DNA of 64,000 nucleotides from Leptogorgia sarmentosa (Eukaryota): NCBI GenBank assembly GCA_964658305.1, contig OZ210885.1, positions 4,712,001 to 4,776,000 of the forward strand, read 5' to 3'. Shown piece by piece: positions 25,442 to 37,019 of this stretch (position 1 is its first letter; each line of letters starts with the position of its first letter). The notes under the pieces were generated by a model. It saw only the letters and a program-made list of their open reading frames with translations, ran no database searches and was not told where the DNA came from. The position numbers and the translations under genes were made by a program.

Positions 25442-26553
25442 CTACTGGATGCCGACTTTGTTGGAGCGAAATATTTTGAACAAAATCTGTCCAGGAGCTT
25501 TTCTGTATTTTATATGCCTCATGCCATAGATATAGGCATTCACAATGGAGTTTATTCCATAAAATTCATAGTGGAAAACTACGTACCAAAAATGTAGGCA
25601 GGATTCACATGAAAACTCAGGCAGCGCCAGTCCAACCACTGTTGGTATTAAAACACAGAAAGTCAACACTGCAACAACAATAGAAAATGTTTTAACTGCC
25701 TTCAGAGCGTGAAAAAAATTATTCACATCGCCCATGTTTCTCGCTGCTTCCGCTAAAATACTTTTCCGTTGTTTATTAGCAACGATTAAAATCCAACCAT
25801 TAAGAATTACTATCAAAGTCAGGGGAAATAATACAGTAAACGTTCGTAAGAAAAAAAATACACGTCATCACTCAGGTCACAATAGCCTCTAAACCTATCG
25901 TCAGCTTCACGGAAATATACAAATGAAACAATAAAAGGACAAGAGGCAGTCAACCAGATACCCACTATAGCTACAAGAACTCGTCGTTTGGTCACAATCA
26001 GCGAATATTTGAGAGGTTTCAAAATATAGAAACATCGATCAACAGTAATTGCGAGAAGAGTTGCTACTGAAGCAAACAGTAATCCATGAATACTGGAACG
26101 ACTCAACTTACAAAAGAAGTCCTGATCACTATGGCGATGTTTAATAAAGTCTGTATAAATTCAATCATCCATATTGGATAAAATGTTAAACACACGAGAA
26201 GATCTGCCAGTGCCAGGTTTCCAACCAAGTAAGATGTCGCTGTCTTTTCTTTGTTGATAAAAATAGTGTAAATTATAACTGTGATATTTCCCAAAACTCC
26301 AATAATCATTGCAAAGAATTTAAATACAATGGACGAGATAAGAATCCAGGGGCCGCGGAAGCACCTCAAAAGTGGGGGGCACAATCCAAAAAGGGCACGG
26401 ATGAAAATGGGCACTTTACTTTCAAAAACAGGGCACATTCACCCTTTGTACAAAAGAGGGCACCGTGCCCCAGTGCCCCCCCCCCCCCAGTTCCGCGGCC
26501 CTTGTAAGAATCTCACTGGGTACTGTGAAGAAATGAGACGAGTTATTCGCCAT
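25442..26553 (-). pseudogene. Class A GPCR, copy 6, disrupted
   Basis: MITE inserted at 26347-26504, 2-bp insertion near 26133 and a frameshift in the A-run near 25851; remaining pieces are colinear with paralogues. Confidence 0.9.
26347..26504. mobile_element. 158-bp hAT MITE inside GPCR copy 6
   Basis: TIR ca(g/a)gggccgcggaa with perfect 8-bp TSD TAAGAATC. Confidence 0.92.
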
Positions 26554-27785
26554 GGTCGTATCCGTTATGGAAGAGAATTGTTCTAAGCTTAAAGTTTAAT
26601 ACACAACTGCACGTCGGTTAGAAACGCCAAAAACAGTAAACAGAGAAAAAACGTGTTGCATAATAGGTTTATATAACGTCATTAACTACTTGAAAAGCTT
26701 TTGAGTGTCATCCGAGACAATGCGTGGTGCTTGAAGGCTTAAATGTCAACACTTTCTGTTTATGAACGTGGATGGCATGCAAGCTTTCTACATAGCTTCA
26801 GTTCGTATCAGTTTATCTCCGCAGTGAATGATACACAATAATGATATTTGTGCATAGAAATAAGGGTTTCTGTCATGGGCGCATAAAAGATCTATAATTC
26901 GGGAGAGACCATATTCATAATTTCCTGTTCACTGACTCTAAGAACAATCGATTTCAAAAGAAACTAATTGTGCAGAATATATGAATATGGAGCAGTTTCA
27001 AGTCGTTGCATGAAAGCAACAGTCATTGCCACGAAATATGAAATTTTTTAACTACAGTTGGTAAAATAAAAAACTTGTAAATACAATAAATAGGCTAGTA
27101 CGGTTAAGGTATGTTTCAATATTTCAAAGTTTTATAGTTAAAATTTGTCCTTTACGAACAAGAATATATAACAAAGTCAAATTTGGAACTAAAGCATGAA
27201 CAATATAATTATCTGCTTTTCAAAAAATTCGTTAAACTTTAGCGATATTCTCGTTTCAATTCACCCATTAGGATTCACAGGGAGCCTACCCCGCCTCTTA
27301 TTTTGAATATTATATTGTGTCCATTGTAATATATAGCTCAAAATGTCGAGGAAGGGGCCTGCATGTTGCGGGTAGACAAGTGCGCGCGGGCAAAGCGAAA
27401 AGAAAAATAATAACGGGTTGAAACATCAGCGAATAATACACAACTATATAACAGGGTCATCATGTGCAACAAAAAAGTGAGACATTTATGGCGGCGTAAA
27501 ATCCGCCAGGAATTGTTCTTTATATATACCCAATGTTTTCGACCATAAATTTTGGTCCCATGATCATGATCGTGATAAACAGGTTTTCCCTGCCAGGACC
27601 AATTTGAAACTTCCTCCTATTCACGTCACTTTAGTCTTTAGTTCGCAAACGAGCAATTAGGCTTTTTCGCTTATCTCTTGGAACTTCAGGCTTGTGATTC
27701 GACTCGGATGCGATAAATGTATCTTTCATAGCTCAACAAGATGACTTCCTTAAGTTCGTAACCAGAATTCTTCGCCGGAATTCTT

Positions 27786-28417
27786 TATTAGTTGCCGACC
27801 TTGATGAATCAAACAAGGATCCGTGCGGGAGCTTTTCTAAATTTGATATGTCTCATTCCATAGATGAAAGCATTCACAATCGAATTTAATCCGCAAAATT
27901 CATAGTGGAATACCACGAACCACAACTGCTGGCATGAATCACTACATGAAGACTCGTATAGCGCCAGTCCGACCAGAGTAGGTATTAAAACACAGCAAGC
28001 CAACACTGCAACAACAATAGAAAATGTTTTGACTGCTTTGAAAGCGTGAAAAAATTGGCTCACATCACTTGTGTTTGTTATTATTTCAGCCAAGATACGT
28101 TTTCGTTGTTTCTCCGCAACGACTAAAATCCAAACATTGAGAAATACTATTAGTGGAACATAGACAATGAAAGTATCTTTGAAGTAGTACAGAGTATCCT
28201 CCAGGTAACAAAAACTTCGCAATTTATCGTCAGACTTTCTGAAATAAACCAGCAAAATGATAACAATGCAACAAGCAGTCAACCAGATACCTGATATGGC
28301 CACAAAAACTCGTCGTTTGGTGACAATCAGCGGATATTTGAGAGGTTTTACAATAAAGAAACATCGATCAACAGTAATTGCGAGAAGTGTGGCTATTGAA
28401 GCGAACATTAATGCCCA
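27786..28417 (-). pseudogene. GPCR 3' half (TM3 to C-terminus), copy 7a
   Basis: Open from WALMFASI through NAFIYG but lacks TM1-TM2; abuts copy 7b. Confidence 0.85.
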
Positions 28418-29204
28418 AAATAAAACGCTACAAAGCACAACTGCTTGCATGAATCACTGCATGAAGATATTTCATATAACAATTGTCCGATAACAGATAA
28501 TATTAAAACACAAAGCTCAAAACTGCAACAACAATAGGAAATGTTTTAAGAATCGTGCGTGAAAGAATCGATTCACATCACTAATGTATAAAAACGTATC
28601 ATACGTTTTCGGTGTTTCTCCGCCACCATTAAAATCCAAACATTCAGAATTACTATTAAAGTCAGTGGAATTAAAATAGAGAGTGAAACAATCCATAAAC
28701 CTGGCCCCAGAACATCGAGGGAACAAGAACCTCTTAATCTATCGTCAAATTTCCAGTAAACCAGTAAAGTAATGAAAATAAAGAAGGTAGTAAACCAAAT
28801 TCCCGACAAAGCCACAAGAGCTCGTCGTTCGGTCACAATCAGCTGGATATTTGAGACGTTTTACAATATAGAAACACCGATCGACAGTAATTACAATAAT
28901 GCCCAGATGTTGGAACGACTAGCTTAACTTACAAAATAAGTCCTGATCACTATCGATGTTTAATATAGTCTGTATAAATTCAGTCATCCATATTGGATAA
29001 AATGTTAAACACACGAGAAGATCTGCCAGTGCCAGGTTTCCAACCAAGTAAGATGTCGCTTTTTTTTTTTCTCGTGAAAATTGTGTAAATTATAACTGTG
29101 ATATTTCCCAAAACTCCAATAATCATTGCAATGAATTTAAACACAACAGACGAAATAAGAATCTCATTTTGGGCTGCGGACAAATGCGACGAGTTATTTG
29201 CCAT
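28418..29204 (-). pseudogene. Degraded GPCR (ATG to start of TM7), copy 7b
   Basis: Begins MANNSSHLSAAQNEIL, has several frameshifts and deletions, and is truncated at the junction with 7a. Confidence 0.85.
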
Positions 29205-29679
29205 GGCAAGCTTTTCGATATAATGCTTGAGTTCAAATAATAAAACGTAATGAATATAACAAAGTGATCAACTTGCATAATTTAAAAAGTTTCATTTGGA
29301 AATTTAATTTAATTTAAAGAAAATTAAACGCTTCATCTTGTAGTCATGGCATAAGGGAGGCGGTGTTGTTTAGCAATAGTAATTAGGCTTGCCGCATATA
29401 ATAAAATCTTCAAATTTCATTTTTAACAAATTTCAATATTTAATCGTATAATAAACATTTTATACTTAAGAAAATCCGAATAGGAAAATTCAAACATTTT
29501 TAAAAGTCTTTGAGTCAGTTAATTCGCTGTACATATTGATATAACAAAGACATTTGGTAGTCCATGTTTGTATTTCCCTAGCTCCGTTAACATTGTGTTA
29601 CGCAGCTGTATAATATTAAATTTGACAAAAAATTAAAGTAATTATATATGCTATAACAACGTGAACATTTGAAATTGTC

Positions 29680-29995
29680 GTAATCCCGCTCGAGACAGTG
29701 AATTTTTCTTTGTTCTTCTGCAGTGTCAGATTAATATGAATCTACTTTTTCATACCTCTGAGGATGGTTCTGAAATAGAATTGAAACACTGTGTGTCCTC
29801 AAAGACCAGTGTCAAGTCGTCATAAAAATATTTCATGCACTTAAATAGGATAAGACTCGCTACCAATCCCAGTTGACTCAATAGCTCAATTCGTAGCGCG
29901 GCGATCTAGATGCCAAAAGATGCGAGTTCAAATCCCATTTGAGACAACGAATTTTTCGTTCTTCTTCTGGAGTGTCGGATTAATATGAATCTAGT
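29680..29995 (+). mobile_element. tRNA-derived repeat with ~250-bp unit (about 1.3 copies)
   Basis: tRNA-like 29872-29948 (tagctcaattcgtag A box, gttcaaatccc B box, pairing ends). The aatccc...gtgtc(a/g)gattaatatgaatcta segment occurs at ~29682 and ~29932. Confidence 0.6.
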
Positions 29996-30024
29996 TACCA
30001 GAATTTCTGGAGTAGAGTTTCTTA

Positions 30025-30969
30025 TTAGGCTCCAACTTTATTTGAGCGGAGTATTCTTAAAATTATCCGTACAGGACCTTTTCTGTAATTGATATGTCTA
30101 ATTCCGTAGATGAAAGCATTCACAATGGAGTTTATTCCATAAAATTCATAGTGAAAAACTGCAAACCACAACTGCTGGCATGAATCACCGCAAGAAGATA
30201 CGTAATTCATTACCAACCCAACCACGCTTGGTGTTAAAACACAGAAAGTCAAAACTGCGACGACAATAGAAAAAGTTTTAACTGTTTTAAGAGCTTGAAA
30301 AAATCGATTAACGTCCCTTCTGTTGGTTGCTGTTTCAGCCGAGATACGTTTTCGTTGTTTCTCCGCAACGATTGAAATCCAAACATTAAGAATTACTACG
30401 AAAGTCAGTGGAAAGTAAACAAAAATCACCTGCTTGATCAACATCAAAGTTTTATCTAGGTCGCAGAGACTTCTTGATGTTTCGTTAAAGCTCCTGAGAG
30501 ACGCAAGTAAAACAGCAAAAAGACAACAGGCAGTTAACCAAACACTGGACACAGCCGCAAAAACTCGCCGTTCGGTCACAATCAGCGGATATTTGAGAGG
30601 TTTGACAATATAGAAACATCGATCAACAGTAATTGCTAGAAGTGTGGCTATTGAAGCGAACATTAATGCCCAAATGGTTGAGCGACTCAACTTACAAAAT
30701 AAATCCTGATCACTATCGATGTTTAATATAGTCTGTATAAATTCAATGATCCATATTGGATAAAACGTTAAACACACGAGAAGATCTGCCAGTGCCAGGT
30801 TTCCAACCAAGTAAGATGTCGCTGTTTTTTCTTTGCTCGTAAAGATTGTATAAATTATAATTGTGATATTTCCAAAAACTCCAATAATCATTGCAAAGAT
30901 TTTAAATACAACGGACGAAATAAGAAGTCCACTTGGTACTGTGGACAAAACTGACGAGCTATTTGCCAT
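30025..30969 (-). CDS. Class A GPCR, copy 8, 314 aa
   Basis: Full 7TM ORF from MANSSS; an upstream in-frame ATG exists at 31056. Confidence 0.9.
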   Translation of the reverse strand: MANSSSVLSTVPSGLLISSVVFKIFAMIIGVFGNITIIIYTIFTSKEKTATSYLVGNLALADLLVCLTFYPIWIIEFIQTILNIDSDQDLFCKLSRSTIWALMFASIATLLAITVDRCFYIVKPLKYPLIVTERRVFAAVSSVWLTACCLFAVLLASLRSFNETSRSLCDLDKTLMLIKQVIFVYFPLTFVVILNVWISIVAEKQRKRISAETATNRRDVNRFFQALKTVKTFSIVVAVLTFCVLTPSVVGLVMNYVSSCGDSCQQLWFAVFHYEFYGINSIVNAFIYGIRHINYRKGPVRIILRILRSNKVGA

Positions 30970-32325
30970 GGCAAGCTTTTCGATATAATGCTTGAGTTCA
31001 AATAAACGTAATGAATGTAACAAAGTGATCAATTTGCATAATTTTAAAAGTTTCATTTGGAAATTTAATTTAATTTAAAGAAAATTAAACGCTTCATCTT
31101 GTCGTCATGGCATAAGGGAGGCGGTGTTGTTTAGCAATAGTAATTAGGCTTGCCGTCGCATATAATAAAATCTTCACATTTCATTTTTACTAAATTTCAA
31201 TATTCAATCGTATAATAAACATTTTATACTTCAGAAAATCCGAATAGGAAAATTCAAACATTTTTAAAAGTCTTTGGGTCAGTTAATTCGCTGTACATAT
31301 TGATATAACAAAGACATTTGGTATTCCATGTTTGTATTTTAGTTGCGCAGCTGTATAATATTCATTAATCATAAAAATCAATTAATCGAGTCAACGCAAA
31401 CACTATGCACGTCAAGGGAAAGATGAGTGACATTCCTGGTCACAAAATATTGAAGTATGAAATAACATTTTCGATCACGCGCATGTTAATCACTTTAATT
31501 CATTCAGCATTACAAAAAAGGAAAATCGTACTTGTATTGTGTCAGGTTACACCAAAAAGGTAAAAGAATAACAGGACAGATTTTTTTGCATGTTACAAAT
31601 TAAATGCTTGGAAGACATTTGATTACACCTAGGTACGCTTAACGATTTGCCATCAGTCATTCGGTTGGTCAATTATAATAAAATTATTATTTATTGAAAT
31701 ATTTCAACGAATCATACCTATATAGAGATGGGAGATGGGATAATTCTATTTTCATTATGTTGAAATTTACGAGTAGATTCAAACATATTTAGGATTTGCG
31801 TGGACCTCCACGGCCTCCGGAAAGGAAAGGTTCACATTTCTATCCGTTTTGGTCTTTTAAGTTTTAACTGCACCACACACCTTCACAAAATTGCTTTTGC
31901 CCTTTGAGAAACACTGAAGATATTTCGGAATTCCTATTGCAATCTTTCTTGCCTTTCTTGACAATGGCTGGAGCATAGACAAAGACATATATATATATAC
32001 CTGTTTTATAATATTGCACAAAAATCATAAATGGAATGTAACATTAACTACATGGACAACATTTTAGGAGACGCTGGATATTTTTTGTGTTGACGTTGAG
32101 TTATTTCAATACGGCCATTTAGGCAGTCTGGGTTCAGAATTCACAAATGTTAATCGTGTACCAAATTCGTCGTTAACAACTTACTATTAAACGATGCGCA
32201 AAAATTACAAGAGATTATTTTTACGTCAAAAGGTTTATTCGAGAATCAATGTTACAAGAGGAGAGTAGAAAAAAATAATTAGGTATACAACAACCTACAT
32301 ATTATTCTTAAAATCCTGCATGCTA

Positions 32326-35300
32326 TTATTTTGAAAGTCCCAGATGTTTTGGATTGAGATGGTTCTGCTTCTTGTTAAAGCAAACTGCAGCATCATAATC
32401 ACATTTACAAAGCTTCATTCCACAATCATTGGTGATAGGAATGCCAATTAGTTCGACACTAGTAGTTTCTAAAAGTAAAACAAGAACTTTGTTGTTTCGT
32501 TGCTCGCTCTCTCTCTCTCTCTCACACACCGAGACGCCAACGCATATATATATATATATATATATTTAGTAGAATCATACTCGTATACTATTGCAAATGC
32601 TGCAATTTGATTGGCTACTCTACTCGCTATCTATTCCTCGATAGATAGCGAGTAGCGAAATATGTGAATTTTCGTTAAAGAAAATGACTTCTGAGACGCG
32701 TTTTTAAATTATTTTTTGCAATATTTTCATGTTTGATCTCTGATTCTACTAAAACAATTAGATTACTCGCTCTCGATTTCCACGAGATGATAGTTGATTC
32801 GGGCTTCGCCCTCATCAACTATCACCTCATAGAAATCTCGAGCTCGTAATCTAATTGTTAAATATATGTGTATATTTACTCACCCTCGTACGAATTTTAC
32901 AATATACGATTATGTAGATGTATCTCTATCTTTCTACGGAATATGTTGTATCAATTCAAGATAGTTGTAACTTACGACATTTGCAGTCGTTGAACACGTT
33001 GACAAAGTATGGCTGTGTATATTGCTGAATATTACCACAAGTTCCAGCGTCTGTTAAACTCTTGTAGCAGTTATCATGGTCTCTACAGCAGCTGGCACAG
33101 CAAATAAGGCAAATTAATTTTATTGATCAAGCATTAACAGCTGTAGTGTGTGGTATACAAATATAGAGAAAGAAAAAACTACCTGTTAATGCAAAATGAC
33201 ATAATAATATCTCAAGAATCAAGGAAAAGTTTGGTCCCAAGACAGCCCAGTGGGCGATGTCTGTTTTTAGGGGCTCTCTGACATAGTTGATAGGTTCTTG
33301 AATGATAATCAACCTTATAGTATAAACCAACTAGTAGGGTCCGGGATCACAAATTCTGCATTTTGATTGCCTGAGCCATACTAGCAGTCTGTTTGTGATA
33401 GGCTACTAGTAGCAAAACAAAAGCAAGATGGCGGAAAACGTTTGTTTTGCAAGTGTTTCGGTTGAATTTTGCGATGAATACTAAGATTTCCCAACAGCCA
33501 AAAAGACAACAAATTGTGGCCTAAACACTTGTGTAAGAGACGAAATTTAAAACACATATATTGAGGATAAATTTGCTTTTTTTCTAAAGATATAAGATAA
33601 GAATTGCTGAGCACATAATTTTGCTCATAGTCACCTATAATCGTAAATACCAAGCATTTCAAATGTTTTCAGTACGTGCTTGAGTGTTTTTTTTATATAT
33701 AGCCTCATTTGTTAAGCGATGTTTATTAAGCTTTGAATTGAACATTTCGTATATGCTTTGGGATTTGCAGCAAAAAACACTCTCTCAAAAATTTCTGAGC
33801 TTTTCGACTAAAATTTTTATTATAAATTCTGTTAATGCATCCCACAGTTGTTATTTTATATGCAAGCTTACATCAATACATCGTTTGTAGGCTACTAACA
33901 AAATTAGACAACTCGGCCTTGTTGTTTGAGAGGATAATTTCGCCCTCATCGACTGTCTGCCGTGGACAACGCCGCCTCATTGTCTAATTGTTAAAGAGAT
34001 CCATCCGACCTAACCTGATATAAGAGGAAAACTGGACTATAGTGCAAAAATATCATCAAAAGTACAATCAATCCATCCCACCCTCGTAGCAATGTAATTT
34101 CGAAAACCTGTTCAAAAAGATGCAAAAATGGGTACCAGAACGTGAGAGCCCAAACCCAATGACAGCGCTAATCCGCTCCTGCATGGCCAGGTAACGCACA
34201 ACTAAAGCAAATATGGGTCCCAAACATTTGCTTACTTGTCAAGGCCATCTATTCCAGGTCCACTGACATGAGATCCGGTTAGACCACAATATTTACCATG
34301 TCCAATGAAATCAGTAGGGATTCGGCGGGCATGACAGGCTACCAAAATCCCAAATTCGATAACTCCTCTCCTACTTAGTTCTACAATAGAGAATAATACA
34401 TGGATGTGCGCAAGTATGGAATTTATTTTGAGAGTTGGCCAGGATATACATTCTATTTATTATTATGGTATAAAAAATGAAAAAATCCTATGAATGGATA
34501 TTTTTACAATAAATGTTATCACATCTATAATCCAATTTTGCTAATAACCAGTGGCGGCGCCTTGATCGTTTCATCAAATTTACACTTAGAAAAGTATTGA
34601 GAGGTCCCCCCCCCCCCCACTCGCCCCTCCTTAAATCGCAATGCCGTCATGTTTCTTATTATAAAACAATATAAAACACAACGCTGACTCAGCAATAATT
34701 TCTCATGTAAGGTATCATAAATAATCTCACATGTCAATTTATTTACCATTTTTATCCGTGGTAGAAAGCTCTATAAAACACTACACGTTATGCCCGATTC
34801 AAGGTGCCTAGCGACAGCGCGAAGCGCCGTCCGGGTTTTAGCCCAGGGTGAGGATAATAATTCCCCACGGCTATTAAACGCTGAGAAGGGGAAGGAAACG
34901 AATAAAGATCGAAACACAGGATAAGTTCGTCAATATATATTCGGCAGTAAACTAAAACTTTAGCCGCATTTAATATATGCAAGGTTTAATTGCAGAGTAT
35001 AGTTTAGGTTTTTAAATGGAAGACTTAATTTTTTTTACATGCAAAATATTCACAACCTTTACCCCTAAAAAACACAAGCGAAGATTAGCTACAATTTGTT
35101 TCATTTCAAAGATCACACATATCCATGCATGGTTTGTATTAGAGTTTATTATTAGACATATATAATAACATAAGGAAAAGAAATGATTCTCCAAATTCAA
35201 AAAAATGCAAATGTAGCTATGTTGTATGAAATTAATGTTTTTTATGAATATCAGTTTTATTCTGAAGGTTGGCTCGACATGATAGCCAACCATATGTTTC

Positions 35301-36441
35301 AAAATCAGTGATGACTTGCGCGAGCGCACAACGGCGAAAACCATTCATGACGACTCTGTATATTTAGGCTATATTCGTGCAAACAGCCGAGTGGTATAAC
35401 AACGCGTACGGACCTTAGGCCAGAAGCTGCTTGGTTATCAAGTATGACGATTGCTTCTCAAATCAAATTGAATACCTGAAGAAGAAAGATCAACTCCTTC
35501 CTTTCCATTTTCAACATTGCTGCTTTGTGCCGGGTAACCTGAAAATTGCAAACTATTAACTAAGCTATCACAAGCTAGGCAAGGCTATATTCGGGCAAAC
35601 AGCCGAGTGGTATAACAACGGGCCTTATGCCAGAAGCGGCTTGGTTATCAAGTATGACATTTGCTTCTCAAATCAAATTGAATACCTGAAGAAGAAAGAT
35701 CAACTCCTTCCTTTCCATTTTCAACATTGCTGCTTTGTGCCGGGTAACCTGAAAATTGCAAACTTAGTTATCCAACTAAGCTATCACGAGCTAGGCAAGG
35801 TCAGTTGCCAGCAGTAAATCGTATTCCGCACGTTATTTTGGACTTGCAGTAAAAATGTTAATTGAATTGGAATTTTTGTATAGTGACTGTGATATCTTGG
35901 ATATGGCAATATGCATATATAGAACATTTTATAAATTACATTAGAGTCTGATTAGTAGTCTGCTACAAAACAAGAAATAGTGTAGAGAGCGAGTAAACGC
36001 TCAACGGAAAGTCGTAGGTTTCTCCGGGCGCCCTGGTTTCTATGAACATAGTTAGGAATGCCTGGAATGGTAAAATGGTGGTTGTCAAGAGACAGCCTAA
36101 GGACGTACCACAACAAAGATGGAACTTAATACAATCGGCCACTAAAAACGCCCAGATGGGATCGAACTATGTAATGTGTGATTTACACCAGTTTCACGAA
36201 ATTGCAGGTGGATTATGATTGCATGCCTAGCATTCTTGACAGCGTATTTCACGTACACACACAAAAGAGGATTTCTGAAACCATTGAAATTGCTCCCTTA
36301 TGCCAACTGCTGGCAGAAAGTTTTAAAAATCTATTAATATCTCTAAATGAAACAACATGAATAATAATTAAACTGTATACCTTCATTGTTTGGCAAAAAC
36401 CCAAAACAGAAAAACAGTGTTGAGAGTGTCGAAAACTTCAT
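32326..36441 (-). CDS. Secreted phospholipase A2 (group I/II-like fold) with signal peptide and propeptide
   Basis: Exons 36441-36381, 35748-35686 and/or 35538-35476, 34380-34236, 33091-32976 and 32468-32326, all GT-AG and in phase. Product: MKFSTLSTLFFCFGFLPNNEG-YPAQSSNVENGKEGVDLSSS-ELSRR/GVIEFGILVAC...HGKYCGLTG...DGLDNCCRDHDNCY...LCKCDYDAAVCF..., with the CCxxHDxCY and CxCD catalytic motifs. Confidence 0.92.
32566..32865. mobile_element. Hairpin-ended repeat next to (CT)n/(TA)n in PLA2 intron
   Basis: tgattggcta near the left end; terminal palindrome aacaattagattactcg...ctcgtaatctaattgtt. Confidence 0.7.
35366..35800. repeat. ~215-bp tandem duplication containing PLA2 exon 2
   Basis: Units 35366-35581 and 35582-35800; the 63-bp exon and its splice sites are identical in both. 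Confidence 0.92.
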
Positions 36442-37019
36442 TATCACAATATTTCCTCCTCCTGCTTGCTTGAAAAATGATTTGAACTACCTTTTTTCAC
36501 GCTCTTTTATACTTTTTCTCTATTTACTTCCTACTCATCCTCTTTGAAAGTTTTGTGGGAATGATAAGACACAGTCTTTCCTGTCTTGTAGCAGTTATAT
36601 AAAGCCGAGCTTATTTTTCGAGTTCCTCTTCAGTTAATCAGTTGTCAAACACAAAAATGTATTTACATTCAAGGCCAAACAAGGCTCCTAGTTTTTCCTG
36701 TTTAGTGGCAGTTAAACAAAGCAGAAATGTCTTTAAACAGAAATGTAGTTAAACAAAGCAGAAATGTCTTTTAACAGAAATGTAGTTAAACAAAGCAAAA
36801 AAATGTCTGCTGTACTTCAAGTCACGTTTTATAGTGTTTACCAGACTAATATGATGTTTGGTGATTAATATTAATAATTTTTTATATCTTAAATCTTAGA
36901 TATGAAATAATCCGATTAATATCTTTTAGCCAATAATTGTTATTAGTATATTTTACTATGTAAATATATAATTAAGTGGATATTATAGCCTTCAAAAGTG
37001 TGATATTAGTGTGACGAAT

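Noticed and set aside
36010..36045. SINE core-like ggtttctccgggcgccctggtttc in PLA2 intron 1
   Set aside because: Only a short fragment; boundaries cannot be defined.
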